Positions 46,744 through 56,894 of a DNA stretch of 64,000 bases are shown one piece after another (positions within the stretch are counted from its first letter, which is position 1; each line of letters starts with the position of its first letter). The position numbers and the translations under genes were made by a program. The notes beneath the pieces are model-generated. The model had not been told where the DNA came from and searched no databases. It saw nothing but the letters and a program-made list of their open reading frames with translations. The DNA is taken from positions 192 to 64,191 of the forward strand of contig NZ_JBEBKB010000015.1 in assembly GCF_040079535.1 (NCBI RefSeq), given 5' to 3'. This DNA is from Novosphingobium sp. GTDB taxonomy: Bacteria; Pseudomonadota; Alphaproteobacteria; Sphingomonadales; Sphingomonadaceae.

Positions 46744-48021
46744 CTACTTCCCAATGCAAAATCGCCCGAACAGCGTATCGAGCATGTCTTCGGTTGCGGT
46801 GCGGCCCAGCAGGCCGTCAAAGCCGACCCGGGCCAGCCGCAGGCCTTCAGCGATCAGCAGTGGATCATTCTCATGCCGGGCAGCGGCCAGCGCGCGGTTC
46901 GATCCCAACAGCAGGCTGTGCTGGCGTTCGCTTAGGGCCGCCTCACCGGGTTTGGGCAAGGCGCCGCGGGCCGCGGCAATCAGGTCTGCGCGCAGTTCCG
47001 CAATTCCCGCACCACTGATTGCAGAGATCCGGTGGCGGGCACTGCGTTTGACCAGGCTGGCCTCACGGTCAATCTGCGAGGCAACTTCCCAGGCCCCATC
47101 TGGCCCTTCGCCCTCAGGACCCAGCCACAGCACCAGATCAGCCCGGTCCAGCGCATCCAGCGCGCGTTCGATCCCGATTGCCTCAACCCCGTCGCCAGCC
47201 GCATCATGCAGTCCTGCGGTATCGGCAAACAGTAACGGGATACCTTCATAGGCCACCGGGCGGGTCAGAACATCGCGGGTTGTGCCCGGAATTGGAGTGG
47301 CAATTGCCGCATCAGATCCAACCAAAACATTGAAAAGTGTGCTTTTTCCAAGGTTCGGCGGGCCAGCAATAACCACCCTGTAGCCTTCACGCAGCGCTTC
47401 TGCGCGGGGCCGACCCAGCCACCCGCCAATCTCCTGCTCCAGCGCCGCAATCCGCACCATGAAATCGCCCGGCAGGGTCGTAACATCGTCCTCATCAGCA
47501 AAATCAAGCACCGCCTCAAGCGCGGCTGATTGCATCAGCAACCGCTCACGCCAATCGCTCACCACCCGCGAGAAGGCCCCGCCCGCCATGGCCTGGGCAA
47601 CGGCGCGTTGCAGCTCGGTCTCAGCCTCCAGCAGGTCCGCCAGCCCTTCGGCCTCGGCCAGATCAATCTTGCCATTGGCAAAGGCCCGGCGGGTAAATTC
47701 ACCCGGCCCGGCCCGCCGCAAACCCGGCAGCTTGGCCAGCGCACTTTCGATCCCGCCAATGATCGCCCGCCCGCCATGGCATTGCAGCTCGGCCACGTCC
47801 TCTCCGGTTTCGGTCGCGGGTCCGGGCAGCCACAGCACCAGCGCCTCATCCAGCAGGCCGCCCGCGCTATCGCGCAGCTTGGCCAGACTGGCGCGGCGCG
47901 GCGCAGGCAAACGCCCTGCCAGTGCAACCAGTGCCTGCCCTGCCTGCGGGCCGCTGATCCGGATGACCCCGATCGCCGCAGGCGGAGCGCCGCTGGAAAG
48001 GGCAAAGATGGTGTCTGTCAT
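46744..48021 (-). CDS. mnmE: tRNA modification GTPase MnmE
   Basis: MTDTIFALSSG, ETGEDVAELQCHGG, GPPNLGKSTL, PGTTRD, DTAG, FGRFCIGK C-terminus. Confidence 0.97.
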   Translation of the reverse strand: MTDTIFALSSGAPPAAIGVIRISGPQAGQALVALAGRLPAPRRASLAKLRDSAGGLLDEALVLWLPGPATETGEDVAELQCHGGRAIIGGIESALAKLPGLRRAGPGEFTRRAFANGKIDLAEAEGLADLLEAETELQRAVAQAMAGGAFSRVVSDWRERLLMQSAALEAVLDFADEDDVTTLPGDFMVRIAALEQEIGGWLGRPRAEALREGYRVVIAGPPNLGKSTLFNVLVGSDAAIATPIPGTTRDVLTRPVAYEGIPLLFADTAGLHDAAGDGVEAIGIERALDALDRADLVLWLGPEGEGPDGAWEVASQIDREASLVKRSARHRISAISGAGIAELRADLIAAARGALPKPGEAALSERQHSLLLGSNRALAAARHENDPLLIAEGLRLARVGFDGLLGRTATEDMLDTLFGRFCIGK

Positions 48022-48037
48022 TGGCTGAGCGGCGGGA

Positions 48038-48295
48038 TCAGTCCGCGTCCTTCTTTTTGGCCCCGGCTGCAAGAGCCGCGCCGCCTTCGATGAATTGCTG
48101 GAATAGCTTCATCCCAACCTGGCCCATCGGCGCAAGGTTCTTGGCAAAATCCTGGACCTGATCAAGGTTTCCGGCCCCTTTCATCGCTTTGGCAATCGCC
48201 TCGACATACAGGCCGTTGGCCTTGGATACATCGGGCAGACCCAGAAAGGCACGGGCCTCTTCAGGGGTGCATTCGATCTCAACATGGACTTTCAT
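48038..48295 (-). CDS. DUF6489 family small protein
   Basis: MKVHVEIECTPEEARAFLGLPDV motif; GGAG SD. Confidence 0.8.
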   Translation of the reverse strand: MKVHVEIECTPEEARAFLGLPDVSKANGLYVEAIAKAMKGAGNLDQVQDFAKNLAPMGQVGMKLFQQFIEGGAALAAGAKKKDAD

Positions 48296-48411
48296 TCGGA
48301 GACTCCTAACCAGCACCCAGCCATTCCCTGCCCGCAAGCTGGCATAGGCCCTTCACAAAGTCCAATGTCGGCTTAGGGTGCCGCCGATACAACCCCTTTG
48401 GAGAATGACCG

Positions 48412-49110
48412 ATGTCTGAAGCAGTCCAGATTGCCTCAATCAAGGACGATGGCGCGATACCCGTCTATGTCGCCCGCCCGGCTGCTGCACCCAAAGGCGC
48501 CATCATCGTTATTCCGGAGATCTTCGGGGTAAACCCCGGAATTCGGCAGAAATGTGATAAGTGGGCCGCCAATGGCTATCTGGCGGTTGCACCAGATATC
48601 TTCTGGCGGTTTGCCGCCGGGGTTGAACTGGACCCGGATATTGAGGCGCAGCTTAATCAGGCGTTCGGCTATTTCCAGCAGTATGATCCCGCCGACGGGG
48701 TTTACGATATCGAATCGACGATCCGCTGGATCCGTCAGGACGCCGGCGCCATCAAAGTCGGCTGCGCGGGATACTGTCTTGGCGGCAGGCTGGCCTATAT
48801 GGCGGCCGCGCGCACCGATGTGGATGCCTCGGTTGGATATTACGGCGTGATGATCGACACGATGCTGGATGAAGCGCACCGCATCGCCAATCCGCTGATG
48901 CTGCACATTGCCTGCGAAGACCAGTTCGTCTCGGCCCAGGCACAGGCGGCGGTCCATGCGGGGCTGGATGGCCATCCCCGTGTTACGCTCTATGACTATC
49001 CCGGCATGCCCCACGGTTTCGCCGCCGAAATGGGTGATCGCCGCCACGCTGCCGAAGCCGAACTGGCCGACGCCCGGACGGAAGCGTTCCTGGCGGAGCA
49101 CCTGGCATGA
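48412..49110 (+). CDS. Dienelactone hydrolase family protein
   Basis: VIPEIFGVNPGIR, GYCLGG nucleophile motif, HGF near the C-terminus. Confidence 0.93.
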   Translation: MSEAVQIASIKDDGAIPVYVARPAAAPKGAIIVIPEIFGVNPGIRQKCDKWAANGYLAVAPDIFWRFAAGVELDPDIEAQLNQAFGYFQQYDPADGVYDIESTIRWIRQDAGAIKVGCAGYCLGGRLAYMAAARTDVDASVGYYGVMIDTMLDEAHRIANPLMLHIACEDQFVSAQAQAAVHAGLDGHPRVTLYDYPGMPHGFAAEMGDRRHAAEAELADARTEAFLAEHLA

Positions 49111-49505
49111 GCCCGGCCCGGCAAGGTGTCGCCGCCTGGCACACCTATATGCAAAGCGGCGGCGATGCCGATCTGCTGGCGGCGGGGCTGGCCGATGACC
49201 CGGTGTTCCATTCGCCGGTGGTGCACAGCCCGCAAGTGGGCAAGGCCAAGGTTATGATGTACCTGCTCAGCGCCGCCAAAGTGCTTGGCAATGACAGCTT
49301 TCGCTATGTCCGCGAAGTGGTGGACGCAAACGATGCCTGCCTTGAATTCACCGCTGAGATTGATGGGGTTCACGTTAACGGGATTGATCTGATTCGCTTC
49401 GATAACGATGGAAAAATCATTGATTTCAAAGTAATGGTCCGCCCGGTCAAGGCAGTCAACAAGCTGTGGGAAATGATGGCAGCACAGCTTCAGGCCGCAG
49501 GATAG
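49107..49505 (+). CDS. SnoaL/NTF2-like family protein
   Basis: LADDPVFHSPVVHSPQVGK, LEFTAEIDG..VNGIDLIRFD..GKIIDFKVMVRP. Confidence 0.85.
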   Translation: MSPARQGVAAWHTYMQSGGDADLLAAGLADDPVFHSPVVHSPQVGKAKVMMYLLSAAKVLGNDSFRYVREVVDANDACLEFTAEIDGVHVNGIDLIRFDNDGKIIDFKVMVRPVKAVNKLWEMMAAQLQAAG

Positions 49506-50035
49506 ACTTTCGCTTTCATGAAGCTCAGCCGGTCTTCCACGCGCACAAGCGGCAAATCGATCAGTTCATAGCCATAGCGCCGCCATGCTGCGGTAACGGC
49601 CTGGTCGCTGGCCACGGCCTGGTCCCAGTCTTGAATTCGCTCTGAGTCCTGGGCGTAAATTTCGGCCCAGGCCGGCGCCCGCAGAACCGGGCCGCAATAG
49701 CGCCAGGACCGGCAGGCATGATCAATGGCAGCTGGAACCGCCAGGCCTGAAACATCAAGAAAGCCCACCACATCGGGCAGGCCGCGATCAAACACCACCA
49801 GACAAGGCTGGCCTGCGTGGCGCTCATGCTCCTTGATGTGCGCCTCGGCCATCGCTTCCGCAAAACCGAGTGGATCCTGGGCCCGCAGGGACATTCCGCC
49901 GGGGGTCTTGAGAAGTTCGCGGGCAACCTCGGGAGAGGTCCGGATTCCGGCTGCCGCAGCAGCATCCAGCAACGTGGTCTTGCCCGCCCCCGGCGCGCCG
50001 GTAAGAACCGCGTGCCGGGGTGCAGACAGGTCCAT
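49490..50035 (-). CDS. P-loop NTPase, AAA_28 (NadR/YhaA-like) family
   Basis: VLTGAPGAGKTTLL, VFDRGLPD, WAEIYAQDSERIQ, YGYELIDLP. Confidence 0.82.
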   Translation of the reverse strand: MDLSAPRHAVLTGAPGAGKTTLLDAAAAAGIRTSPEVARELLKTPGGMSLRAQDPLGFAEAMAEAHIKEHERHAGQPCLVVFDRGLPDVVGFLDVSGLAVPAAIDHACRSWRYCGPVLRAPAWAEIYAQDSERIQDWDQAVASDQAVTAAWRRYGYELIDLPLVRVEDRLSFMKAKVYPAA

Positions 50036-50036
50036 C

Positions 50037-51293
50037 CTATTGATTCATCGTCGCGAAGAAATCTTCGTTGGTCTTGGAATCCTTCATCTTGTCGAGCAGG
50101 AATTCCATCGCATCAACCGTGCCCATCTGCATCAGAATCCGGCGCAGCACCCACATCTTGGAAAGCTTGTCCTTCTCAACCAGCAGCTCTTCCTTGCGGG
50201 TCCCAGACTTGCCGACATCCAGCGCCGGGAATATCCGCTTGTCAGCCACCTTGCGATCAAGCACGATTTCGCTGTTGCCGGTGCCCTTGAATTCTTCGAA
50301 GATAACTTCGTCCATCCGGCTGCCGGTATCGATCAATGCGGTCGCGATGATTGAAAGCGATCCGCCTTCCTCGATATTGCGGGCCGCACCGAAGAAGCGC
50401 TTGGGGCGTTGCAATGCGTTGGCATCGACACCGCCGGTCAGGACCTTGCCCGAGCTGGGCACCACGGTGTTGTAGGCGCGGCCAAGGCGGGTGATCGAAT
50501 CGAGCAGGATCACCACATCGCGCTTGTGTTCAACCAGCCGCTTGGCCTTTTCAATCACCATTTCAGCAACCTGGACGTGGCGCTGGGCCGGTTCGTCAAA
50601 GGTAGAGGAGATCACCTCACCCTTTACCGATCGCTGCATATCGGTGACTTCCTCGGGCCGTTCATCAACCAACAGCACCAGCAGGAACACCTCAGGGTGA
50701 TTGTCGGTGATTGCCTTGGCGATATTTTGCAACAGCACGGTTTTGCCGGTCCGCGGCGGAGCAACGATCAATGCACGCTGGCCCTTGCCCTGGGGGCTGA
50801 TGATATCAATCACCCGTGCCGACTTGTCCTTGACGGTTGGATCAAGCGTATCAAGGCTAAGCTTCCGATCAGGATAAAGCGGGGTCAGATTGTCAAAATT
50901 TACCCGATGGCGAACCGCTTCGGGATCATCAAAGTTCACCGTAACCAGCTTGGTAATGGCAAAATACCGCTCACCATCCTTGGGCGCCCGAATTTCACCT
51001 TCAACCGTATCGCCGGTGCGCAGGCCCCATTTGCGGACCTGATTGGGCGAAACATAGATATCGTCGGGACCAGCCAGATAGTTGGCTTCGGGACTGCGCA
51101 GAAAACCGAAACCATCGGTCAGCACTTCGATCGTGCCCTGGCCAACAATCTCTTCACCGTCCTCAGCAACTTCCTTGAGGATCGCAAACATCAGATCCTG
51201 GCGGCGCAGTGTGCTGGCACCTTCAACGCCCAGCTCTTCGGCCATTTCGACCAGCTCGGCGGAGGTTTTTTTCTTGAGTTCTTTAAGATGCAT
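50037..51293 (-). CDS. rho: Transcription termination factor Rho
   Basis: [47 protein letters not shown]; start ATG 51293. Confidence 0.98.
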   Translation of the reverse strand: MHLKELKKKTSAELVEMAEELGVEGASTLRRQDLMFAILKEVAEDGEEIVGQGTIEVLTDGFGFLRSPEANYLAGPDDIYVSPNQVRKWGLRTGDTVEGEIRAPKDGERYFAITKLVTVNFDDPEAVRHRVNFDNLTPLYPDRKLSLDTLDPTVKDKSARVIDIISPQGKGQRALIVAPPRTGKTVLLQNIAKAITDNHPEVFLLVLLVDERPEEVTDMQRSVKGEVISSTFDEPAQRHVQVAEMVIEKAKRLVEHKRDVVILLDSITRLGRAYNTVVPSSGKVLTGGVDANALQRPKRFFGAARNIEEGGSLSIIATALIDTGSRMDEVIFEEFKGTGNSEIVLDRKVADKRIFPALDVGKSGTRKEELLVEKDKLSKMWVLRRILMQMGTVDAMEFLLDKMKDSKTNEDFFATMNQ

Positions 51294-51433
51294 TTTGACT
51301 GTCGTTTCCGTTGAATTCGCATTGGCAATGGCCGGACGATCATGGGGCTTGGAGAAAGCGGATCGCACCGCGCGTGATCGCGCTGGTCATGCCGGTAAGC
51401 ACGTCAAATAAGCGTCAGACCAAAAAAGGTCAA

Positions 51434-51880
51434 TCAAAACGGCCGCACCACCACCATTATGACGATCAGCGCAGCGGCAATCCCGGGTACTTCATTAAGC
51501 AGCCGCAATTGCCTGCCGCTCAGCCGCCGATCACCGCGGGCCAGCGCCTTGTGATAGCCCACCATCCAGATGTGGTATCCGCTCAGGCCCGCAACCAGTG
51601 CAAATTTCGCAAGAAACCAACCTTGTGAAAAGGCGCCGGTTGACCAGGCCAGAACCAGGCCAAACACCCAGCTGACAATCAGCGCCGGCCACAGGATTAT
51701 CCTGATCAGCCGGCCTTCACGATCGATCCACTGCGCGTTTTCAGGCGAATTCGGGGCGGCTTCCTGATGGTACACAAAATAGCGCGGCAGCATGAACAGC
51801 CCCGCCATCCAAAAGATCACGAAGACGATGTGGCCGGCCTTGAGCCAGAAGTAAGTCATCGAAAGCACCCAGTTCATCAC
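51434..51880 (-). CDS. hemJ: Protoporphyrinogen oxidase HemJ
   Basis: WLKAGHIVFVIFWMAGLFMLPRYFVYH, LRLLNEVP...IMVVVRPF; start among GTG 51880, ATG 51877 or ATG 51859. Confidence 0.92.
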   Translation of the reverse strand: MMNWVLSMTYFWLKAGHIVFVIFWMAGLFMLPRYFVYHQEAAPNSPENAQWIDREGRLIRIILWPALIVSWVFGLVLAWSTGAFSQGWFLAKFALVAGLSGYHIWMVGYHKALARGDRRLSGRQLRLLNEVPGIAAALIVIMVVVRPF

Positions 51881-51911
51881 GCCCTGATATAAACACGCTT
51901 GCCAAGGTTCG

Positions 51912-52937
51912 TCACCCCCGCCAGCCCCGAACCAGAGACAGCAGTTGACCAACATGTTCAACCGGTGTGGTCTGGCCAATCCCGTGGCCAAGATTAAAAA
52001 CATGCGGCCGATCGGCAAAAGCCTCAAGAACCAGGCCAGCCTGACGGTCCAGCTCCGCTCCACCTGAAATCAACAACAAGGGATCAAGATTTCCCTGCAC
52101 CGGCATACCTTTGGGCAATTCACGCGCAGCCCAGATCGGATCAATCGTCTCATCCAGGCCCAGCGCATCCACGCGGGTTTCGCGGGCATAGGCGGCAAGT
52201 TTTTCGCCGGCACCTTTGGGAAAGCCAATAATCGGCACACCAGGAAAACGCGCACGGATTGCGGTAACAATCGCCGCATTGGGCGCGATCACCCAGCGTT
52301 CAAACTCGGCCGGAGCCAGACTGCCAGCCCAGCTGTCAAACAGCTGCACTGCTTCGGCACCAGCATGGATCTGTCCGCCAAGATATTCAATCGTTACACC
52401 CACGATGGCATCAATGATCGCCTGGAACGCGCCCGGATCGCGATAGGCATAGGCCCGCGTTTCATGCTGATCGCGGCTGCCTTCACCAGCTACCATATAG
52501 GTCGCCACGGTCCATGGGCTGCCGGCAAAACCAAGCAACGTCTTGTCGGCTGGAAGCTGGGCTTTCACCTGCCTTACCGTCTCGTAAATCGGGCTCAGCC
52601 GGTCTGGCACCGCAGTCAGGCTGGAAAGCGCAGCATCCACCAGCCGCGGCGAAAGGTGGGGGCCTTCACCGATCAGAAATTCCAGATCCTGTCCCATCGC
52701 ATATGGCACGATCAGAATATCCGAAAACAGGATCGCGCCATCAAACCCGAACCGGCGGATCGGCTGCAGGGTGATCTCGGCCGCTGCCGCGCTATCATAG
52801 ACCAGCGGCAGGAACCCGCCCTTCTGGGCCCGCAGCGCGCGGTATTCAGGCAGATACCGCCCGGCTTGCCGCATCAGCCAGACTGGACGCGGTTTGGCGT
52901 TGGCACCGCGCAGGGTATCGAGAAGCAAACCGGGCAT
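51912..52937 (-). CDS. hemE: Uroporphyrinogen decarboxylase
   Basis: PVWLMRQAGRYLPEY, ILFSDIL, GFAGSPWTVATY, QLFDSWAG, QGNLDP, FNLGHGI. Confidence 0.98.
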   Translation of the reverse strand: MPGLLLDTLRGANAKPRPVWLMRQAGRYLPEYRALRAQKGGFLPLVYDSAAAAEITLQPIRRFGFDGAILFSDILIVPYAMGQDLEFLIGEGPHLSPRLVDAALSSLTAVPDRLSPIYETVRQVKAQLPADKTLLGFAGSPWTVATYMVAGEGSRDQHETRAYAYRDPGAFQAIIDAIVGVTIEYLGGQIHAGAEAVQLFDSWAGSLAPAEFERWVIAPNAAIVTAIRARFPGVPIIGFPKGAGEKLAAYARETRVDALGLDETIDPIWAARELPKGMPVQGNLDPLLLISGGAELDRQAGLVLEAFADRPHVFNLGHGIGQTTPVEHVGQLLSLVRGWRG

Positions 52938-52939
52938 CG

Positions 52940-53258
52940 CGCATAGATCCAATCAAATACAAATTAGATTCCTATAAGGATTCTGTTTTAGTTGGCCCTG
53001 TGGAAACTGGGGATTGGCCGTCCTTGCCGGATTTCTGCCGCGCTGAACAGACCAAAGGCGGGATCGAATCGTGCAGGCTTCGCGTCAAGCCGATCTTGTT
53101 CCCGCTATCCCCAGCCTGTGGGGAACGCTGTCCACCTGTCTACAACGATCAGATCGCGGCGCCGGTAATGGGCATGCATTTCTGTCCCAAACTTGTAAGC
53201 CCCTCTCTCCCGTGGTTTATGCCGTAAATCATCCACAGGGGCCCGCTGTCACGCCGTC
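52940..53258. other. Putative chromosomal replication origin (oriC)
   Basis: hemE/DUF299 divergent intergenic region; AT-rich tract at about 52945-52992; DnaA-box-like TGTGGAAAC 52999-53007, CTATCCCCA 53105-53113, TGTGGGGAA 53117-53125, TCATCCACA 53229-53237; parABS nearby; flanking genes point away from it. Confidence 0.85.
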
Positions 53259-54089
53259 ATGCCGCAATTGCACCTTCACCTCTTGTCAGATTCCACCGGC
53301 GAAACGCTGGAAATGCTGGCCAAGGCAGCCCTTGCCCAGTTTGAAGGATCGGACGTGATCCGCCATTTCTGGCCCATGGTTCGCTCGCAGCAGCACCTTG
53401 ATCGGATCATGGCCGAAATTGCCAGCAACCCCGGGCTGGTTTTCTACACCCTGGTCAATGCCGATACCCGGCTGCGGCTGGAAGAACACTGCCGCTCATT
53501 GGCACTGCCGGTTGTTGCGGTGCTCGATGCCGCGGTTGATGCGCTGGAAGCAGCGCTGGGCCAGCACCCCAAAGCCCGCCCCGGCCGCCAGCACGTGATG
53601 GACGAGGCATATTTCGCGCGGGTCGATGCGATCCACTACACGATCGCCCATGATGACGGCGTGAATTGGGAGAACTGGGAAGAAGCAGACATCGTCCTGG
53701 CCGGCGTATCGCGCAGCTCCAAAACCCCAACCAGCATCTATCTGGCCAACCGTGGTTACAAGGTTGCCAATATTCCGGTTGTGGTGGAAAGCCCGCCGCC
53801 CGCGGCGCTGTTCGGGCTCAAACATCCGCTGGTCGTGGGGCTGACAACAGCGCCAGACCGCTTGATCCAGGTTCGCCGCAACCGCTTGCTGTCGCTGGGG
53901 CAGGCCCCGGAAACAGCCTATGTTGAGGAGGACCGGGTTGCCAAAGAGGTGCAGTATGCCCGCCGGATGTTTGCCGATAACGGCTGGCCCGTGATCGATG
54001 TGACCCGCCGTTCGATTGAAGAAGCGGCTGCTGCGATCATCAATCTTTACAGCGAATTTCGCGGCGGCCACGGGCAGGTTAATCCATGA
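53259..54089 (+). CDS. Pyruvate,water/phosphate dikinase regulatory protein (DUF299, PSRP)
   Basis: [47 protein letters not shown]. Confidence 0.95.
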   Translation: MPQLHLHLLSDSTGETLEMLAKAALAQFEGSDVIRHFWPMVRSQQHLDRIMAEIASNPGLVFYTLVNADTRLRLEEHCRSLALPVVAVLDAAVDALEAALGQHPKARPGRQHVMDEAYFARVDAIHYTIAHDDGVNWENWEEADIVLAGVSRSSKTPTSIYLANRGYKVANIPVVVESPPPAALFGLKHPLVVGLTTAPDRLIQVRRNRLLSLGQAPETAYVEEDRVAKEVQYARRMFADNGWPVIDVTRRSIEEAAAAIINLYSEFRGGHGQVNP

Positions 54090-54673
54090 GCCTGATCCTT
54101 GCCTCGCAAAGCGGATCACGAAAGGCCATGCTTGAAGCCGCCGGGGTGCCGTTTGAAGCCGTGCCCGCCGCGATCGATGAACGCGCACTGGAGGCGCAGC
54201 TGGGCGGGGCAACCGCAGCGCAGACCGCCCTGGAACTCGCCCGGGCGAAAGCGCTGGCGGTTTCAACCCAGCGCCCTGGCCGGCTTGTGCTGGGCAGCGA
54301 TTCGCTGGTCAGCGTTGCCGGCCGGCGGTTTGACAAGCCGCAAGGCCGCGAGGATGCAGCCGATCATTTGCGGTTCTTTTCTGGCCAGGTAATGGAACTG
54401 TACAGCGCAGCCGCACTGGCGCGCGATGGCGCGGTATTGTGGGATCATGGCGCGCTGGCCCGGCTCAAACTGCGCGAATTGTCTGATCGCTTCATCACCG
54501 CCTATCTGGGGCACGAATGGCCCGCGGTAAGCGGCTGCGTTGGTGTATTCAGGATCGAGGCACGCGGGGTCCAACTGTTTGAAAGCATCGAAGGCGATCA
54601 CTTTACGGTGCTGGGCATGCCGCTGCTGGCGGTGCTGGGCGCACTGCGTGAACATGGTGAGTTGGCGGCATGA
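54086..54673 (+). CDS. maf: Maf family nucleotide pyrophosphatase
   Basis: [31 protein letters not shown]. Confidence 0.94.
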   Translation: MSLILASQSGSRKAMLEAAGVPFEAVPAAIDERALEAQLGGATAAQTALELARAKALAVSTQRPGRLVLGSDSLVSVAGRRFDKPQGREDAADHLRFFSGQVMELYSAAALARDGAVLWDHGALARLKLRELSDRFITAYLGHEWPAVSGCVGVFRIEARGVQLFESIEGDHFTVLGMPLLAVLGALREHGELAA

Positions 54674-55527
54674 CCCGGGCCTATGCCGAAGTGATCGGTG
54701 ATCCGATTGCCCAATCGAAAAGCCCCGCGATTCACAATTTCTGGCTGGCCAAGCTAGGGATCGATGCTGACTACAGGGCATATCACGTGGCACATGAGGA
54801 TCTGGCCGACTATCTGGCTGGCCGGGCGCAGGATCCCGATTGGCGCGGCTGCAATGTCACCATGCCGCACAAGCAGGCGATCATCCCGCTATTGGGAGCG
54901 ATCAACCCCGCCGCTGCCGCGATCGGCGCGGTCAATACAGTGGTGCGCGGCAATGATGGCGTGCTGACCGGGCACAATACCGACGCGCCTGGCTTTCTTG
55001 AGCCACTGCGCAGTGCGCTGGATCGCCCGCATCTTTATCGCATGGCCCGGATTTTGGGGGCGGGCGGGGCGGCCCGGGCGATTGTTGCGGCGCTTGCTGG
55101 CCGGGGATTTCATCTGGTGCTGGCCGCGCGTGATCCGGCCAAGGCGCAGGCGCTGCTCGATGCTCTTGCGCCTGGCAGCGATCACTACGCGGTTGAACTT
55201 GCGCATTTTGCGCCCGCCACCGATTTTGCTTTCGATGACCGCGAGGGGCTGTTCGATCTGGTGGTCAATGCCAGCCCGCTTGGCATGGCCGGCCAGCCGC
55301 CGCTGGCGTTTGATTTCAGCCATGCCCCGCCGGGATCGGTTATCTATGACATTGTAACCCATCCGCTTGAGACCCCTTTCCTGGCCGAAGCGCGCCGCCG
55401 CGGATTTGAAACCGTCGATGGGCTGGCCATGCTGATCGGCCAGGCCGCTGCTGCGTTTGAGCGATTTTTCGGGCAGCCCCCGCCGCGCGATTGTGATGAT
55501 GAATTGCGGGCAATCCTGATCGCATGA
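54670..55527 (+). CDS. aroE: Shikimate dehydrogenase
   Basis: [50 protein letters not shown]. Confidence 0.96.
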   Translation: MTRAYAEVIGDPIAQSKSPAIHNFWLAKLGIDADYRAYHVAHEDLADYLAGRAQDPDWRGCNVTMPHKQAIIPLLGAINPAAAAIGAVNTVVRGNDGVLTGHNTDAPGFLEPLRSALDRPHLYRMARILGAGGAARAIVAALAGRGFHLVLAARDPAKAQALLDALAPGSDHYAVELAHFAPATDFAFDDREGLFDLVVNASPLGMAGQPPLAFDFSHAPPGSVIYDIVTHPLETPFLAEARRRGFETVDGLAMLIGQAAAAFERFFGQPPPRDCDDELRAILIA

Positions 55528-56123
55528 CCAAGCCGTTCATCCTTGGCCTGACCGGCTCGATCGGGATGGGCAAAAGCGCGGTTGCGGCAATGTTTCGTGG
55601 GTTGGGCGTGCCGGTGTTTGATGCCGATGCCGCCGTGCATGTGCTGCAGGGGCCAGGCGGGGCCTGCACCGCGCCGATTGAGCGGGCTTTTCCCGGCACC
55701 ACTGGCCCGGCCGGGGTTGATCGGGCAAAGCTGGGCGCAGCGGTTTTCGGCAACCCGCAAGCGTTGCGGGTGCTTGAATCAATCGTCCACCCCGAAGTGG
55801 CCGCACTGCGCCGCACGTTCCTGGCTGATAACGCCGATCAGTCGCTGATTGTGTTCGATATCCCGCTGTTGTTCGAAAAAACTGGTCAGCATGGCCTTGA
55901 CGCGGTGGTGGTGGTTTCGGCTCCGCCTGAAATGCAGCGCGAACGGGTTCTGGCGCGGCCAGGCATGACTGCCCAGAAATTCGAACAAATCCTCGGGTTG
56001 CAGGTTCCCGATGCCGAAAAGCGCGCCCGGGCCGATCATGTGATTGATACCGGGGTTAGCCTGGCCGAAACCCGCCACGCGGTGCAGCGCCTGGTGCATG
56101 CGATAGCCGGCGCGCAAATTTAA
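55524..56123 (+). CDS. coaE: Dephospho-CoA kinase
   Basis: [32 protein letters not shown]. Confidence 0.97.
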   Translation: MTKPFILGLTGSIGMGKSAVAAMFRGLGVPVFDADAAVHVLQGPGGACTAPIERAFPGTTGPAGVDRAKLGAAVFGNPQALRVLESIVHPEVAALRRTFLADNADQSLIVFDIPLLFEKTGQHGLDAVVVVSAPPEMQRERVLARPGMTAQKFEQILGLQVPDAEKRARADHVIDTGVSLAETRHAVQRLVHAIAGAQI

Positions 56124-56173
56124 CCCGATCCCCTCTTGTAACACGGCTGCAACAGGCAGATATCAATTAGGTA

Positions 56174-56860
56174 ATGCGAGAGATTATCTTCGATACGGAA
56201 ACCACTGGCCTTGATCCCAAGAGCGGTGACCGGCTGGTCGAAATCGGCTGTATCGAAATGGTCAACCGGGTGACCACCGGCAATACCTTTCATGCCTATT
56301 TCAATCCCGATCGCGATATGCCTGCTGCGGCAGAGGCGGTGCACGGGCTTTCGATCGGCTTCCTGTCAGACAAGCCGCGGTTTCATGAACGCGTCGCCGA
56401 ATTTCTCGAATTCATCGGCGAAGAGGATAATCTGGTCGCCCACAATGCCGGGTTTGACTTTGGTTTCGTCAATTCAGAGCTGGATATGTGCGGGCTGCCC
56501 CCACTCAGCCGCGAACGGATGGTTGATACGGTGGCAATGGCCCGGATGCGCCACCCTGGTGCCAAGAACTCGCTCGATGCGCTGTGCACCCGTTATGGGA
56601 TTGATCGCAGCCACCGGACCAGACACGGCGCGCTGCTCGATGCGGAATTGCTGGCGCAGGTCTATGTCGAACTGACCGGCGGCCGCCAGATCGGGCTTTC
56701 GCTTGCCGCTGCGGGCGAGACTGCTGAAATTGTCACGCTTGCCGCGCCCCGGCGCGAACGCCCCTTCCGCCCCGCCCGGCCGCATGCGGCCAGCGAGGAG
56801 GAGCTCGCGGCGCATGCCGCATTCCTCGAAACGGTGAAGTCGCCCCTATGGAACGACTGA
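56174..56860 (+). CDS. dnaQ: DNA polymerase III epsilon subunit
   Basis: IIFDTETTG, VAHNAGFD, NSLDALC, HGALLDAELLA. Confidence 0.97.
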   Translation: MREIIFDTETTGLDPKSGDRLVEIGCIEMVNRVTTGNTFHAYFNPDRDMPAAAEAVHGLSIGFLSDKPRFHERVAEFLEFIGEEDNLVAHNAGFDFGFVNSELDMCGLPPLSRERMVDTVAMARMRHPGAKNSLDALCTRYGIDRSHRTRHGALLDAELLAQVYVELTGGRQIGLSLAAAGETAEIVTLAAPRRERPFRPARPHAASEEELAAHAAFLETVKSPLWND

Positions 56861-56894
56861 CCCTGTTTCACGATCAAGACAGGAGAAGTACCCC

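Noticed and set aside
49341-49440. Low-GC patch (41 of 100 bases by my count) in the SnoaL gene as foreign DNA
   Set aside because: Short and largely explained by Phe/Ile/Asp/Lys/Asn-rich codons; no boundaries or mobile genes.
56864-56879. TGTTTCACGATCAAGA before hpf as a parS site
   Set aside because: Four mismatches in the right half; a half-site only.
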